Shown: one piece after another, positions 40,726-53,955 of the stretch
How the letters are laid out: the number at the start of each line of letters is the position of its first letter
Numbering within the stretch: position 1 is the first letter of the stretch
Assembly (NCBI RefSeq): GCF_011386835.1
Contig: NC_088810.1
Location: 19,654,001 to 19,718,000 of the forward strand
DNA length: 64,000 nt
Direction: 5' to 3'
From: Chrysemys picta bellii
Taxonomy: Eukaryota
Program-made: the position numbers and the translations under genes
Notes under the pieces: generated by a model
Databases searched by the model: none
The model's input: the letters and a program-made list of their open reading frames with translations, nothing else
Told to the model about the DNA's origin: nothing

Positions 40726-40814
40726 GGAGGAGGGTGAGGACCCTGTAATCAGCTCACCCAGGAAGGCACGAAGACCTTGGGCCCGGCTGTGCCTGGAGGA
40801 GGAGCACCAGCACC

Positions 40815-40870
40815 ATGGATTTCTGGGTGCAGTTCAGTGCCCAGAGCCAAGCCAAGGAGCGGGTTTTCAG
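40815..40870 (+). CDS. PEX11B: Peroxisomal biogenesis factor 11 beta, coding exon 1
   Basis: caccATGG Kozak; MDFWVQFSAQSQAKERVF(R); 56 nt; AG|GTGTGG donor. Confidence 0.92.
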
Positions 40871-42619
40871 GTGTGGTATCAGCCCAGCAAAATATGGGGG
40901 GGAAGTCTGGGGCTTCACAAGCCAAGGGTTGCCGGTGAGTAGCGGGTTGCCCCTGCGCCAGAGGGAAGGGATTGAGGTGACCCCAGGTGAATCCGTGCCC
41001 TGAGTTGCTGGCTTTGTTGGATCATCCCGGGAATGGTACCGAATTCAGTTGCCAGGGCCTGTGAAATTCCATTGGGACATCAGTGTCGAAACAGTCACCT
41101 GTTGCTGCAAATGTGCCACTAGCGTTAGGCCTGGTCTGCAGTGAAAGGTGTTGCTGGCCTACCTGTATCAGGAGTGTGTGTGTGTGGGGGGGGAACCGCA
41201 TGCTGAACCCACCTAACTATGCCAGTAAAAGACTCTGTGTAGATTTAGTTACAGTGGCAAAAAAAGTCCTTTTGGGTATGTCTATGCAGCCTGCAGCCGC
41301 AAGCCTCCCAGCCTGGATCAACAGACTTGAGGTTGTGTGTGTGTGTGTGTGCGCGCGCTAGGACTCTGAAAAAGCTGTGTAGACCGTGCTTTGTAGTTGC
41401 ATCTCAAGCTGTGAAGCCTAGGGGTGAGAGTGGGCTTCAGAGCCCATGCTCCAGCCTGAATGTCAAAGCCTGTCAGCACAGCTGTTTTCAGGGTGCTGGC
41501 ATGAACTCCTCACACTTGAGTCTGTTGATCTGGGCTGGAAAGCTCCCTGTTGCAAGCTGCATAGACATTCCCTTTGTCAGCACAGCTTGTTTCATTCAGG
41601 AAACGAGTATAAGCTATACCAGCAAATAATCTTTTTTGCCAGTATAAGTTATGTCTCCAGGAGGAAGGTGAGCCAGCAAACCCTTTCTAGCCTAGACAAG
41701 GCGTCAGTCCCTGCGGAATCCTAATCACTTGCTGTTTTTGTTGGCTCACCAGAACGGTTGGCTTCTGCCTTCTTTCCCCAACCCTTGTGATTTTCAAGGA
41801 TTTTGCAGGGTGACTAAGAAGCCCAGAAATATTTTCAGGGCTGAGGTTTGTGCGGGACAGAGGCAAATTTGCCTGTATGATAATCAACAGGTGTCTTGGG
41901 AATTTGGCCAGACCAATAGTCCCGTCTAAGGACTTGTCTGCACAAAAAGTTGTTACCACTTGAACTGTCCTAGTATGGTAAACATATACAACCACTGTAG
42001 TGTGGGCACTTATGCTAGTATAGCTTATTTCCCCGTCTCATAAGGCCCTTTAAAACAGTGTAACTGCATCCACTCTGGGGATTGTCCTGATATAACTTTC
42101 TGTTAAAAACCACACTCCTAACCAACAGTTATACTGGTACAACAACCTATGTGTTGACCAGGCCTAAGTCTGGTTTCCCCAGTGCCCATGGCATCTTATG
42201 GTAAATGTCCCAGGGAATGGCATGTGCCAAATTATCCTCTGGGCTTGTGGGAAAGACTTTCCTTCTGGACTCCCAGCTCATGCCCTGAAGAATGAGACTC
42301 AATAGATGAAATTTTACCATAGCTACAAATCTTTGAGATCAGCACCTAATATTTAAAAAAAGAAACTTGAGTTGTTTGGCTGGTGGGGGAAAAAGCAACA
42401 AAACCACCAAACCTACGGGAGTGTTGCTAAACCTATGCAGGTTGGCATCCTCTTATTTGAAATCCCTTTATATTGAAAATAAAAATAAGAGTTAAAAATG
42501 TATCCGTGATAAGTGTTAAGTCTGTGTAATTGATTTTTGTGTGTGTTGAGAGGCTGACCGAGAATATTTGTCCTTGAAGGGGAGGTTAGTGGGGGAATGA
42601 GACTTGCTTTGCTTTAGAC

Positions 42620-42910
42620 CAGTGGTCCCCAACCTTTCTATTGCAATAGCATATTCGTGTTCCCCGAAGAGTGTGGCGGGCGCTGGACAACCAGCCGCCG
42701 AGAACCGGCATCATCGAGAAATGTCACTACCGAAATGCCGCCGAGAAGCAGCGGCATTCCGGCGGCGACGCTTTTTGGCATTGCTGCTTCTCGGCGGCAT
42801 TTTGGCGGCTGGTTGTCCTTGTCAGTACCTATTGGGCTCCAGGACGTGGGCGGGCGTAAATGCCCCAGTGGGCGCCATTGCACCCACGGGCACCACGTTG
42901 GGGACCACTG
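42620..42910. mobile_element. hAT MITE in PEX11B intron 1
   Basis: TIRs CAGTGGTCCCCAAC / GTTGGGGACCACTG; perfect 8-bp TSD ctttagac. Confidence 0.88.
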
Positions 42911-42997
42911 CTTTAGACTGTAATAACACTTTCAGTGCCTCGCCATCTCCCTGATTGTCTTTTGTCTCTCTCCCAGTTGAGAAACACTCCCTACAGT

Positions 42998-43185
42998 TTT
43001 CAGAGTAGCAGCCGTGTTAGTCTGTATCCGCAAAAAGAACAGGAGTACTTGTGGCACCTTAGAGACTAACAAATTTATTAGAGCATAAGCTTTCGTGGAC
43101 TACGTGGGCTGTAGTCCACGAAAGCTTATGCTCTAATAAATTTGTTAGTCTCTAAGGTGCCACAAGTACTCCTGTTCTTCTTTTT
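42998..43185. mobile_element. Inverted (hairpin) Penelope-like insertion
   Basis: 69-bp inverted arms 43035-43103 and 43111-43179; 12-bp TSD actccctacagt (42986-42997 and 43186-43197). Confidence 0.88.
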
Positions 43186-46100
43186 ACTCCCTACAGTATC
43201 AAGTTCCACTGGCTGATCTTTTTTTATGCCATGTATATTTCTGTTTGTCTATTTTAAATGTGTTGCTTTAAAATTTTCAGTGTCTCTTTGGTCTTGTAAT
43301 CCTACAAAATACTTTTGCTGGGCAATAGTTATGTTATATAATGCACCTCTGTTAGATTTCCCCTCCTATACAGGCCAAATAATCCTATTCTTCGGTAATG
43401 TCATGTTCTTCTGTGGAGCTGGAATTACTTTGCAATGAACTGGTTAAGCAGTATATAGAGAAGGCCGGGGAATAGCAAGCCCTGTAGGTAAGCAGCGAGA
43501 AGCTAGTGTTTTCCTGCCTCGAAGCGGCATTGGTCTTACATATCCCCTTGTAAACCCTTGTCCCAGCCTAGAGAGAGGTTGAATGCTTAGAGGATTTCTG
43601 TGCTTGTGAAATCTGTTCACCAGTCGTGCTTTTCCCAATGTTCTGGACAACTTGGGCTTTCATTTAAAAAAAAAAAAAGTTTCCATAATCATTGTGGGGT
43701 TAGATTTAAATTCTGATAATTAATAAGAAGCATTTTTTCCCCAATGGGGCAGGCAAGTTTTGAGATATGTAGGCTTTTTCAGCCAGCCAGAGATGAGAAA
43801 CGTTTAAAAGATTCTTCTTATGAATTTGTTTTCTTGGTAGCTTGTTTTGACTTGTATTCTGTGGCGAATCAAAGGAGGGTGAAGCTTTATGGTGCATTTG
43901 GGGCAGAGACTGTCTTTTTTTGTTCTGTGTTTGTATACTCCTAGCAGCATGAGGTCCATGTCCATGGTTGTAGCTCCTAGGTGCTACTGCATTGCAAATA
44001 ATAAATATTATTTATTACAGCTTGACAAATACTACACAAAGTTTCCCATTAGTCACTAGAAAAAGCAGTGTGTGCTGGATCAGACCCCTGTAGGGGAACT
44101 GCTGTCAAGATAATTATGTAGTTTTAAACAAATTCTCTTCTTACATTATTAATAGCACCAATTCTGTGACTAGTTCAGTCTCCCAATAAACAATGGAAAA
44201 CTTCTTAGGCAACCGAAGAGGAAAAACAAGCCCAACCTTCAGGTCTAAATCAAACAGAGTCAGTTTGATGGACACCAGTTTATGTGGCAGAAAAGCCCCT
44301 AGATTAGGAAAAAGCCATGTAGGGCATTTTGGGGGAAAGTGTGTGTGTGGTCTAATAAAAGGAGTATAGAATGGGGAATTAGGACACCTGATTTCTGTTC
44401 ACAGTTCCATGAGGGAATGTTGGCTAGTAGTTAGAACTGAGGACTGGGTGCCAGGACTCCTGGGTTCTGTTCCTGACATCAGTGATTTCTTGTAGTTTCT
44501 TAACTGTATTGTCCTCAGTTTCCCCTTGTGTAAAATAGGTATAATACCTATCAGGATGTTGTAATGCTTGATTGTAAAGTGCTTTGGGATCGGTGGATAG
44601 AAAGGTGCTCTTAAAGGGGAAGAACTAGCTAGGCAAACTAGTATCTCAGAAAGATTATTTGTTTTGACTGCTGGGTGGGATGAAAACCATGCAGAAGACA
44701 GTTTGATAATCCTCTCTGAACAAATGACTAATAAACCCTTAAGACCAAGGCACTAAACACTTGTTGCTTTGCTATGAAGTTAGTTGGCAGCTTCTGGCTT
44801 GCACAGGATATGACATCAGAGTTTTCAGTGCCACATGGTCGTGATTGGAAATACCTTCTAGAAGCAGGTTACTCCTGCATGAAGCAGATGTTCAAGAACC
44901 TAAAATTTCTGATTTCAGGATTTCATAGTTTCCAAGGCCAGAAGGGACCATTGTGATCATTTCGTCTGCCCTCCTGTATAACACAGGCCTTAGAACTTCC
45001 CCAAAATAATTTCTGATTTGCTTTGTTCGGTCCCAGAGCTGGGCTAAAAAAATCATTGCTAGACCCAGGAGACAGTGACAGATTTAAAGGTCTGATATAT
45101 TATGAACCATTGGGTCTAGAGACTGTTGAGTTTTCTTCTGGAGAGCTGGGATTCTTAACGTTCCAGTGGTTGTGGTATTAATATTTTATTTCTTTTAGAG
45201 TAGCACCTACCGGCCCCAACCAAGTTCCGGACTCCATAGTGCCAGGCGTTGTGCATGCAGACAAGACACAGAGTGGGAGGAGAAACAAGCAGGAGAGGGG
45301 AAGTGACTTGCCCAGGGTCAGTGGAAAAGCTGGGAATAAAACCCAGGTCTTTTGGCTTCCGTCCCAGGATTTTATCCACTAAACTACACGAGGTCTCAGT
45401 GGTAGATAGTGTCAGCTCCTAACTTGGACAGTTTGAGCTATGCTGCAAGGTAGGGTGTTCAACACAGGAGCAATGAGCCAGATCACAAGGAACCCAGTGG
45501 AACAGGTTAAACTAGTTTCACTGTCCAATAAACTTCTTATTTGTGTCACACAGCACTTAAATGCCCCAATCTGAGACCAGGGCTCCATTGTGATGGGTGC
45601 TATACAAACAAGTAAAGACAGTCCCTGCTGCACTGAGCACAGTCAAGGGCTGTGACAAGGTGCAGCTGGTGGAAGAAGCAGACGAAGGGGGTGTGATGGG
45701 AGAATGGGGTTAGTGAAGAAATGTAGCACGAAGCAACTTTTGTTGTCTTGTTTTAATAATCTAAGGCAGGTGTTCTCCCAGTCAAAGTGTAGACTACATC
45801 TTAGTGGGAAGTGTCTTCAGTATTGCTAACCCCAGTGTTGAAAAAAAATGACGAGTCTGGTCCCTGCAAAATTATGAAATTGTCATAGAAATCATGAGAT
45901 TTAAGGGGGAGAAATTGGTTCTTTTTATTTGCTAAATATTTATTTCTATCTCTAAAGGTTTTCTGAGCCTTTAGGGCTAGAAACTTCCTTTTTATTTTAA
46001 ATTTTAAGCTGAGATTCTCCCGTAATCCCAAGACTCCTGGAGCTGGAACTTGAAGGAAAATAGCAAAAACCGTCAGGCTGGCAAAACAATCGCGAGAGTT

Positions 46101-47719
46101 GGTAACACTGGTCACTCCTCCCTCTGCAAACATGCCTGGATCCTGCCCTTCCACAAAGAGGGATGTCCTGTTTCCATGACCCACATGGGTCCTTAACCTT
46201 TGCAGGCTTGGGCCAGCGCAGCATTAAAGTCCCTGGGAGCTGGCGTGCTCAAGCGCCTTTTCATATCAAACCTTGTTCCTGTACTCACAATTGGGGCCGT
46301 TATTTGTGAGACACACTCTTTTCAGTTTGATCTAATATTGAATTGCTTCCATAATGTTTTGTCCTCCTCCCTTGAAGTCTCCATGAACGGACACTTTTTT
46401 CCCTGTCTAACGCAAGCATGATCAGCAGGCATGTTACATATTGTTCCTGGCTTTGCTTGCTTTTATTCAGATGATGTTTATCCGCTTGAAGCGTTTCCAA
46501 TTGCTCTGCCTCCCTCCAACTCCAGCCTCATCTGGTTCCTCTTCCTTAAGCAGCCCCTTGGAATCACATGATTTGAACAGGAGAAACCTCATTGTCAGAC
46601 GATGTGGGCGGTGGAGGGGATCCTCTCATTTTCTCTCCTGAACCCTATTTAGGTTTTCTCCCTCAGACCTGTTGCAGCTGCATTCCTTCCTGCTGAACAT
46701 GGCTGGGTCTGGGATCTTCCTAGGTTCATTTTAGGAGTGACAAATCATGACCACAACTGACACTAATTGGGCCCCCTTCTCAGCAGAGAGGCTGGGGACT
46801 GAATTGGCTGTGGAGACTAGACATTGCTGCCCAGGGTGGAATTGGGGCTCGTTGGTGGGAGAAAGCTGCCCAGGTTGTCCCTTTTCTGGGGATAAACAGC
46901 AGATCAAATCCTGGATATCGACGTGACACCTTCTGGGAGGACTAAATTCATTCGAAAGAGCAGTTCAGGATTAGACAGTAATGTTTTAAAGCTAGGCTGG
47001 GGGAGGTAACATTTTCCAGCCAAAAGTTTTACGAGGAGACAATCTATAGACATCTGCTGAGATTTTATCAGCGTCTTCAGTGCGTCTTTGCATCCTCCCC
47101 ATGCACAGTGTTTGAGCAAATGCTTCTCAGAACCTACTTCTAGTTTTTGTTATTTAAAAACCATTTTTCTCTGTTAGGTGTTGCGAGGGCAGTTCTCACT
47201 ATGGTATCTAAGCTCCGGAACAGATCTTCCATAGGCATCAAAATGATCTCATGATGGCACAACTTTCCCCAGTCCTACTTCATTAACGTTTATTATCTGG
47301 GTTAAAAGTACGTTGGCTTTACGCAGAGATGAAAGTGTCGGATCTGCAATTTCATACCAAGCCAGATGGTCAAACAGGGAGCTGTTTATTAAGAAGTCAC
47401 ATGCACTGAAGTTTGCCAAGATTCTCCTTATTTTTTCCACATACTGAAAGTCAAGGCATATGATTTCTGTTCTGATTTCTGTGTGCCCTTTCCAGAAGGA
47501 TAGGGGAAGGACATACAGAAGCCTCAAAGCCATGACACCCATGAGATGTTTAGCAAATGCTCATGTGAAATGTTTAGCTTGCTAATGTAAGATTAACACA
47601 AATAAATAATAATATAGGGGCTAGCATAATGGGGCCCTGATTGGATCCCCAGGTTCCACTGCGATATGACTAACAATAATAATTCTGTGGTTGGGAAGCA
47701 GTTAAAGTGGTAATTTGGG

Positions 47720-48110
47720 TCCTTGCAGGGTTATTAGAATGATCAGTGGAATGGAAAACCAATCTTACCAGAGGAGACTAAAAGAGCTTGGCTTTTTTAG
47801 CTTAGCAAAACCGAGGCTGAGAGGGGGATATGGTTTGCTCTCTAAACACAGCCCAGGGAGGAAGAAGCGCTAAAGGACAGTGTCGGCGCAAGAACAAACA
47901 GGGATAAACCGGCCAGGAATATAGGCTGGGAATGAGGTTTCTCGCCAGCAGAAGAGGAAAGTTCTGGAGCAGCCTCCCAGTAGGAGTTGTAGGGGCAAAC
48001 AACCTCTAAGCAGTTTGAAAATGGAGCTTGATCAGTTTCTGAACGGGATGGGATGAGGGGGTTGGCCGTGATAGCACGTGCTGGGCGCAATGACCCAGGA
48101 GTCCCTTTCA
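47720..48110 (+). mobile_element. Old degenerate CR1 3' fragment
   Basis: gaggagactaaaagagcttggcttttttagcttagcaaaaccgaggctgagaggggatatgg resembles the CR1 ORF2 ERLxxLGLFSLxKRRxRGD segment; boundaries approximate. Confidence 0.55.
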
Positions 48111-49048
48111 GGCCTAGGCCTGTGTTCCTAAATTAGGCCTTTCTATCCCTAGTTAGCCCGCTAAATAAGTGGCCTCCTTTCCGGAGGTGCTGAAAACCCA
48201 CATGTCCTATGGAAATCATTGCATTGCAGGTGCTTAACTCCACTGAAAATCAGCCCACTTAGGACGTGATGCAGCGAGGCACTTAAACGCCGGCTTCACC
48301 GGAACAACTCCCATGCATTAAGTACCTTGCCGAATCAGGGTCTTATTTAGGGAAAGGGAGAGGGGAGGGAATTTACCCCTTTCCTCTAGGAAAGAAAATA
48401 AGTTGGAAGCTATTGAGTCTAGAGAGAGTTCTGCTTCGCTCCAGGAACTATCTTCTTAGCAGAATTGAAACTGGTCCCGTCAGCTGAGTCCAGGAACTGG
48501 CCCATGTTGGGTCATTTGAAAAGGCCTGTAAATGCTATCCAAGGATGTGCAGCTGCAATGGGAAAGTGCTAAATATTCAGGGCATGTCCATTCTGCATGG
48601 CGGGGAGTGCGGAGGTCCCAGGCAGACTTAGTTAGCCATCAGATCCTTTATGCTTTTATTTTTAACCTAAACGCTTCAGGGTCTAACAAGCCTCAGATGA
48701 AATGAGCTAGTTGGACTCGTGTGTGTGTGTGTTGGGTTTCGTAGGGCTGAGAGGCGAGTTATTCAGCCCGTGGCCAACTTATGGAACTCCCTGCTGCAGG
48801 AATTTCCTGGCCAGTAATAATATTGGTAATTGAATCTCATACTTCAGTATGATGATCATTGCAGGGCTCAGGAAGAAATCTCTCTTCCCTGCCACGGGCA
48901 GCACTCCATAGATAGTCAACCGGGGTTGGAAGAAGAGGGTGTTTCATCCTCCACTGGTGGAGGCAGGAGGCTGGGCTTGCTGAACTGATCCATTAAGGCA
49001 AATCCTGTCTCAGTAGGTGCATTTCCTATACTCGGTTGTCTCTTTCAG

Positions 49049-49164
49049 AGCCGCTCAGTATGCCTGCACTCTGCTCGGCTACACGCTGCAGAAGAACGGA
49101 GCGAGTGCTGATTTCCTCGCCAGGATCAAACAGCTCGAGGCTCACATGAGCCTGGGGCGCAAGC
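49049..49164 (+). CDS. PEX11B: PEX11B exon 2
   Basis: tctttcag|; [38 protein letters not shown]; 116 nt; |GTAAGT donor; not in the ORF track. Confidence 0.95.
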
Positions 49165-49449
49165 GTAAGTGAAATCATCTTCTCAGAGGGGATGTAATGG
49201 GAGGCTTCCAGGGTCTCTGAACAAGAGAAACCCAGTTCTTCCTACCCCGCTAATTACCTTTGGTTGTAGTTTTGTGCCACAATGCTGGATGGGGGTGGTC
49301 TGTGGCCCCGCAGCTTGGCGTGGAAGGCTGGAGGGATGTGTCAGTTATCCCAGATCCCTGGCCCATTTGGCATCAGTGATGTGCTTAGTAGTGACATAAC
49401 AGCAGGGAGTGTCTGGCTGATACTTCGTTCGACCCGCTTGATGTTCCAG

Positions 49450-49651
49450 TGTTCCGGCTGGGGAACTCGGCGGACGCCCTGGAGTCGGCGAAGCGAGCCA
49501 TCCACCTCTCGGATGTGGTCTTGCGCTTCTGCATCACCGTCAGCAACCTGAACCGAGCCATGTACTTCGCCTGCGACAACATCCTGTGGGCGGGGAAGTC
49601 TGGCCTCCTCCCTCACATGGACCAGGAAAAGTGGAGTCAGCGGTCCTTCAG
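49450..49651 (+). CDS. PEX11B: PEX11B exon 3
   Basis: (L)[51 protein letters not shown]...QEKWSQRSF(R); 202 nt. Confidence 0.96.
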
Positions 49652-51006
49652 GTGAGGCTGGGCTAGTGCCGTTTGCTTTTCCTGGTCAGGGATGATCCTG
49701 TCAGGTAAGTGTGTGTGTGTGGGGGGAGTTTCCGACAAATCCTTGCGAACAATAGCTGTGTTGCAACAGAAATAGCTCTGCCTTTTCCCTGCTCCCTATC
49801 ACTTTCCAACCCAAAGCACCTTGCTAACCTTGCATACAGGTTGCCCAGCACTGAACTGCAGCTACCTCTGGGGTGGCCCACAGGAACGGTTCAACAGCCC
49901 ACAGGAACGGTTCAACAGCCCGCAGGAACTCTGTGCTGCGGCTCATTGAAGCATAGCCGTAGAAATTCCTTGGGAAGTGCTAATAGGCAGAATATAAAGC
50001 CCTAGTTTTGAATTTGCATAAGGCAATGGCGTTAGCACCCCTACGCTTGCAAGAAAAAATGGCCAGGGCTCTTTATTAGCAGTAGTGATACTATTGAACA
50101 CAGCCGATTGTGTCTGCAGATCTCGGGGCTGCACAGAAATGGGGAAGTATCGTTTTCTGTGCTTTTACACACGAGGAAACCGAGACACAGAGCAGCTCAC
50201 CCTTCCCCCCCGGACACACAGCAAGGTTGTGGCAGCCCTTAGAATAGAACCAGGATCTGGTGCTGCGTCCCGTGCACTGAACTGTGTTGCTTCTGACATC
50301 CACACAGTGTCAGTGAGCTCAGTTTAACACCCCACATGTCAGGCTGGGTGAATGTGAATGTCTGGGACGGGGGGAATCTGCATTGGCCATATTGCCTTCC
50401 AATAAGGTGACGTGTCCTGTCACGCAGCTGACCCTCAGATGGGATTCTAGTAACACTTCCCTAGCATCCATCCAGAGATCCCAAAGCTCTTGACAGACAT
50501 GAAGCCTCCCACCCCCTGGAGAGGTAAGCGGTGCATCCGTCCAATAGCTGGCTAAAGCAAAGCACAGAGAGGTGACGGGACTCCTCCAAGGTCATTCCAG
50601 TAGAACCCAATCCACTGCTTTAGCCTTCAGTCACACGTCCAGCTAGGAGCTGGGAATAGAACCCAGGAGTCCTGGTGTCTCGACCTGTAGACTGGCCACT
50701 GAACAATACGTCCTACAGTTATATCCCGATGAAGATGCTTCGGTTCTGTCCACGCTGCCGTCGGGAGGTGCGATCGGAGCACGTGCGCACATGCCCAAGG
50801 TAGCTTTAATAGAGCCAAGTCTCATTCCAATGGCGGCATGGGCAGCGGCACAGGCTAGCCAGCACCCTGGGTATGTACTCAAGCGACCGCTGCCCATGCT
50901 GCTGCTGCTTCACTAGCTCTGTTAAAACTAGCTCAGGTGTGTCTGCACTTGCTGCAGTCACACACCCCAGCTGCGGTAACGTAGCTTTAGGGGGCCACCC
51001 TGCTCT

Positions 51007-51652
51007 TAGAATCATAGAAGATCAGGGTTGGAAGGGACCTCAGGAGGTCATCTAGTCCAACCCCCTGCTCAAAGCAGGACCAACCCCAACTAAATCATCC
51101 CAGCCAGGGCTCTGTCAAGCCTGACCTTAAAAACCTCTAAGGAAGGAGATTCCACCACCTCCCTAGGTAACCCATTCCAGTGCTTCACCGCCCTCCTAGG
51201 GAAATAGTGTTTCCTAATATCCAACCCAGACCTCCCCCACTGCAACTTGAGACCATTACTCCTTGTTCTGTCATCTGCCATCACTGAGAACAGTCGAGCT
51301 CCATCCTCTCTGGAACCCCCCTTCAGGTAATTGAAGGCTGCTATCAAATCCCCCCCCACCCTCGCTCGTCTCTTCTACAAACTAAATAACCCAGTTCCCT
51401 CAGCCTCTCCTCATAAGTCACGTGCCCCAGCCCCCTAATCATTTTCATTGTCCTCCGCTGGACTCTCTCCAATTTGCCCACATCCCTTCTGTAGTGGGGG
51501 GCCCAAAACTGGACGCAATTCTCCAAGTGTGGCCTCACCAGTGCCGAACAGAGGGGAATAATCACTTCCCTCGATCTGCTGGCAATCTCCTATGAATACA
51601 GCCCAATATGCCGTTGGCTTTCTTGGCAAGGAGGGCACGCTGCTGACTCATA
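51007..51652 (-). mobile_element. 5'-truncated CR1 LINE with frameshifts, in PEX11B intron 3
   Basis: Same family as 38864-39736; ORF2 is split across track ORFs 51090-51359, 51344-51565 and 51435-51638; tail tagaatcatagaa. Confidence 0.92.
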
Positions 51653-51744
51653 ACTCTTGTTGGAGTCAGTGGGAGTTTTGTCCCTTCAGTGGACAGTAAA
51701 TATTAGCTGATAAACCCTCTCTCCTTCCCCCTTCTGCCTTTCAG

Positions 51745-52111
51745 ATATTACTTCTTTGCACTGATCCTGAACCTGAGCCGGGATGCCTACGAGATCCGGC
51801 TCCTGATGGAGCGCGAGGCCTGCGGGAAGCGTGCGAAGGGCAGCGAGACCCGGCACGCGCTCCGAGCAGACACCAGTCTCCAGCAGCTGGTGTTGAGGCT
51901 GAAAGTCCAGCTGCACCTTCTTGTGCACGTGCTGAGGAGCAACCCCCCTCTGCTTGTGGACGTGGTGAAAAACGCCTGTGATATCTTCATCCCGCTGGAC
52001 AAGCTGGGGCTGTACAAGACCAACCCGGGCTTTGTGGGGCTGTGCGGGCTGACCTCCTCCATCCTCTCTATCCTCACCATCGTTCACCCCTGGCTCAAAC
52101 TTAAACCTTAA
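51745..52111 (+). CDS. PEX11B: PEX11B exon 4
   Basis: [21 protein letters not shown]...PLDKLGLY...[24 protein letters not shown]; the ...WLxLKP C-terminus is PEX11B-type. Spliced CDS is 741 nt = 246 aa. Confidence 0.95.
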
Positions 52112-53297
52112 CCGGGAGGACTGGCAGGTTGGTAGAGGGAGGTGGAACCTTCGCCTTTGTTACCGGTTCAAGGCCAGCCCAGGATGTTAGGGGTCCAAGG
52201 TTGCTACTATCCAGTGGCTGGTATGCAGTGAATTTCGGGGCAGGGGCTCAATCCTATGATAGGACAAGCATTCACGGTCCGCCACCAGAATTGATGCTAA
52301 TTCCCAGCCTTAGCCAGGGATCGGATGAACCATGGAGACTGAGCTCCCCTCTTGTCCCTACAGGAGTTCCATGCCTCAGTTTCCCCACCTGTAAAGCCAG
52401 GAGGTAGCGAGTAGGGGAGGCCTTCGTTGCTGCTGCCCGTGTACTACCTGGTCTGTGGATACAGAGTGGACTTTGGTCTCCACGCCTGTCCATCTGGCAC
52501 CTTTCACGTGGAAGTCCTGTTTTAAATATAACCCTTGAAGTACTGTGAGTAACAAGCGCCTGGAGTTTGTGGCTAGAGACTCCTGAGGTGGATTGCTAAG
52601 TCCCGGTTTATTAGGAATGCCAGGTAACTTTGAAAGGTGCCAGGTAACTTTGAAAGGTGCCGGGGAAGCTCGCGGAGTTGCGGCACTTAACAGTGATGAC
52701 ATGACATGGCATGTCCTTGTGTGCGCTGGCAGAGTGCAGGCTGCAGCATTCCCAGCCGTTCCTGTTGATGCCGTCCCCAGTTCTGACACCTCTGCCATGC
52801 CTGGAAACCGTGGATTTTCCTGCTGCCTTGGCAGCAACATTAGGTTTGGTTTGATGGTAGGAAAACAAAGGTAAACAGCAATATTCAGTCTCTCCTCCTG
52901 CCTCTCCTATTTGTTTCAGTCTGGCTCTAGTTTTCCATTGTTTCTTTATAAAGCACGTAGGGATGTTCAGGTATGGAGCATGGTGACCTGTGAAAGCGGG
53001 TAAGTGAAACCGACATGATCCGCACCAATTTGCAGCAATGGGTAGAGACTGTAAGATGAGGTGTGATCTCGGCGCAGGGGCAGGACTGAGGACTCCTGGT
53101 TCTGTTTTTATTTTATTTTTTTTTTTTTTCCTTTGTGCCCTGAATGACTGTGGACCTTCATGTCTCTGTGCCTCAATTTCCCCTTCTGTAAAGTAGGAAT
53201 AACACAGACCTACCCTCCTGTGCCTGCACTCCTGTTCACCCAGCTAGCCAAATGCTCACCCCGCTGTTTTTTTTTAATGGCTTCTTTGGTGTACTTT

Positions 53298-53380
53298 AAT
53301 AAACTGAAGAGGAGGAGACAACAAATGGGGCAGTGCTAACTTTGAATGAAAATCTGTATTGAGATTGTTTTCGTAATAAA
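53298..53380 (+). terminator. Candidate PEX11B polyadenylation signals
   Basis: AATAAA at 53298-53303 and 53375-53380, about 1.2 kb after the stop. Confidence 0.5.
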
Positions 53381-53955
53381 CATACGTGCTGATCTGAAAT
53401 TACCACTTTACTGGAGTTTATAGAGTTCTGTTTCTCTGTGCAAAGTCAGATCATCAACGCAGCCCTCCAGACTGATGGCTGATCTGGCTGCAGAGAGATC
53501 TTGAGCCCCAAGGATTGCATTTATACCTAACGCCACTGCGTTCTTCGGTGATCTCTCTTTTAATGATGTATGTAGGGTAATGAGAATGATCTTGCTTGCG
53601 TTTAAACTGTCGCGGGCTGTACGCTTGGATGCTCTTAGCGATCAGTGCTTTTTTTCCTATGCCTTCAGGACTCATCCATGCCTTCAGGACAACCCCTCTT
53701 TGAGGTATTTCTAATATTATCTCCCTTTTTACAGCTGAGAAACAGAGGCACAGAGAGGTGAAGTGACCCACCCAAGGGTAGACAAGTCACTGGCAGAGCC
53801 AGGAATTGAACCCAGATCTTTGTGACAGCATGAGGATTCTGAGCCGGGTTTCCACCTGGTGTAAATGGGTGGTGGTCCCTCAGTGGAGCTGACTTGCATC
53901 GCCTGAGAAGTTGGCCTGTTCTTTCCAACCCCCTGGACATTAAAATCCCACTGAT

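Noticed and set aside
40178-40942. 254-aa ORF across the 40-bp repeat as a PEX11B extension or new gene
   Set aside because: GTG start, out of frame with the PEX11B ATG (offset 637 nt), and the repetitive translation simply reflects the VNTR.
52497-52509. GCACCT-T-TCACGT resembling the perilipin/PEX11A PPRE
   Set aside because: Imperfect DR1 expected by chance in 12 kb; no conservation evidence available.
49876-52657. Short tandem duplications (21 bp at about 49876, 20 bp at 52618-52657)
   Set aside because: Two to 2.5 copies in intron or UTR sequence; ordinary slippage events.
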